NCBI GenBank assembly: GCA_910587795.1
Contig: CAJUNH010000002.1
Span: 67,346 to 131,345 of the forward strand
DNA: 64,000 nucleotides
DNA from: an uncultured Christensenellaceae bacterium
GTDB lineage: Bacteria > Bacillota > Clostridia > Christensenellales > CAG-314
Reading direction: 5' to 3'
The notes under the pieces are model-generated. The model did no database searches and was not told the origin of the DNA. It worked only from the letters and a program-made list of their open reading frames with translations. Positions within the stretch are counted from its first letter, which is position 1. Every line of letters starts with the position of its first letter. The position numbers were made by a program, and so were the translations under genes. This document shows, piece after piece, positions 63,761-64,000 of this stretch.

Positions 63761-63776
63761 GGTTTCACGTGAAACA
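63761..63776. promoter_or_regulatory. parS (ParB/Spo0J binding site), second copy
   Basis: GGTTTCACGTGAAACA has one mismatch to the palindromic consensus TGTTTCACGTGAAACA. It lies 72 bp from the first site. Confidence 0.7.
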
Positions 63777-64000
63777 GAATTATGCTCAACGCATCCAAGC
63801 GGCAGAAAGCATGCTTCGCAAACAGTCCCCGTAGCGGTATTAAACACTATTTATGCCATAATTGACAATTACACCTAAATATATCATTAACTTTAAGCAA
63901 AACACGTTTTGCACTATACAAAACATTTAAAAATATAATTTTTAAAAATGCATAGACTAAAAGACAAACCCTGTCGTCACTTAAAAAACTTTTTTCCACT

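Noticed and set aside
63351-63834. Track ORFs 63351..63569(-) and 63640..63834(+) in the right-hand intergenic region.
   Set aside because: They have no RBS and implausible composition. They overlap the cvpA terminator, the DnaA boxes and the parS sites, which explain the sequence better.
1-64000. Looked for CRISPR arrays, rRNA, IS elements, integrases, prophage genes, toxin-antitoxin pairs and known defence-system genes.
   Set aside because: I found no regularly spaced direct repeats with unique spacers, no transposase- or recombinase-like ORFs, and no small adjacent ORF pairs with TA-like features. AddAB and UvrC are housekeeping repair genes.

Overview
This window looks chromosomal and comes from a Bacillota (Firmicutes) genome, probably Clostridia-like. 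Supporting signs are AGGAGG-type ribosome-binding sites, sigma-A-type promoters, an addB-addA operon, yyaC, and Bacillus-type parS sites. I can support 33 protein genes (29 on the minus strand) and one tRNA-Pro(GGG). I saw no rRNA, CRISPR array, transposase, integrase or phage genes.

The left half (1.9-32.4 kb) looks accessory and is devoted to surface and uptake functions. It holds a 2617-aa S8/PA-domain protease fused to a long BspA-type LRR array. With it is an Opp-type peptide importer in which nearly every subunit is oversized. There are also several large repeat-built lipoproteins and a 1384-aa tail-anchored repeat protein. All are on one strand and tightly packed, and nine proteins in the window carry lipoboxes.

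The right half is mostly housekeeping:
- archaeal/eukaryal-type aspS, a SIMPL-domain protein and a cytoplasmic hybrid histidine kinase
- tadA coupled to a GH2 glycosidase
- a second unusual ABC importer (TIM-barrel enzyme, binding protein, fused permease, ATPase with an insertion)
- dut, uvrC, addB-addA, ftsH, yyaC and cvpA

The right edge carries four helically phased DnaA-box-like sites and two parS sites. The window therefore probably abuts the replication origin, which also fits the strand bias.

The best candidates for something new are:
1. The 25-kb protease + Opp + modular-lipoprotein locus, read as a single protein-foraging system.
2. A recurring gene pair: a giant tail-anchored protein followed by a translationally coupled small paralogous lipoprotein.
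3. Two G/C homopolymer tracts placed where they could cause phase variation. One is G9 inside a promoter spacer, the other is C8 at codons 32-34 of a surface-protein gene.
4. A conserved-core long-hairpin element present twice between convergent genes.
5. Apparently leaderless addB and uvrC transcripts.

All domain calls are motif recognition by eye. No searches were run.
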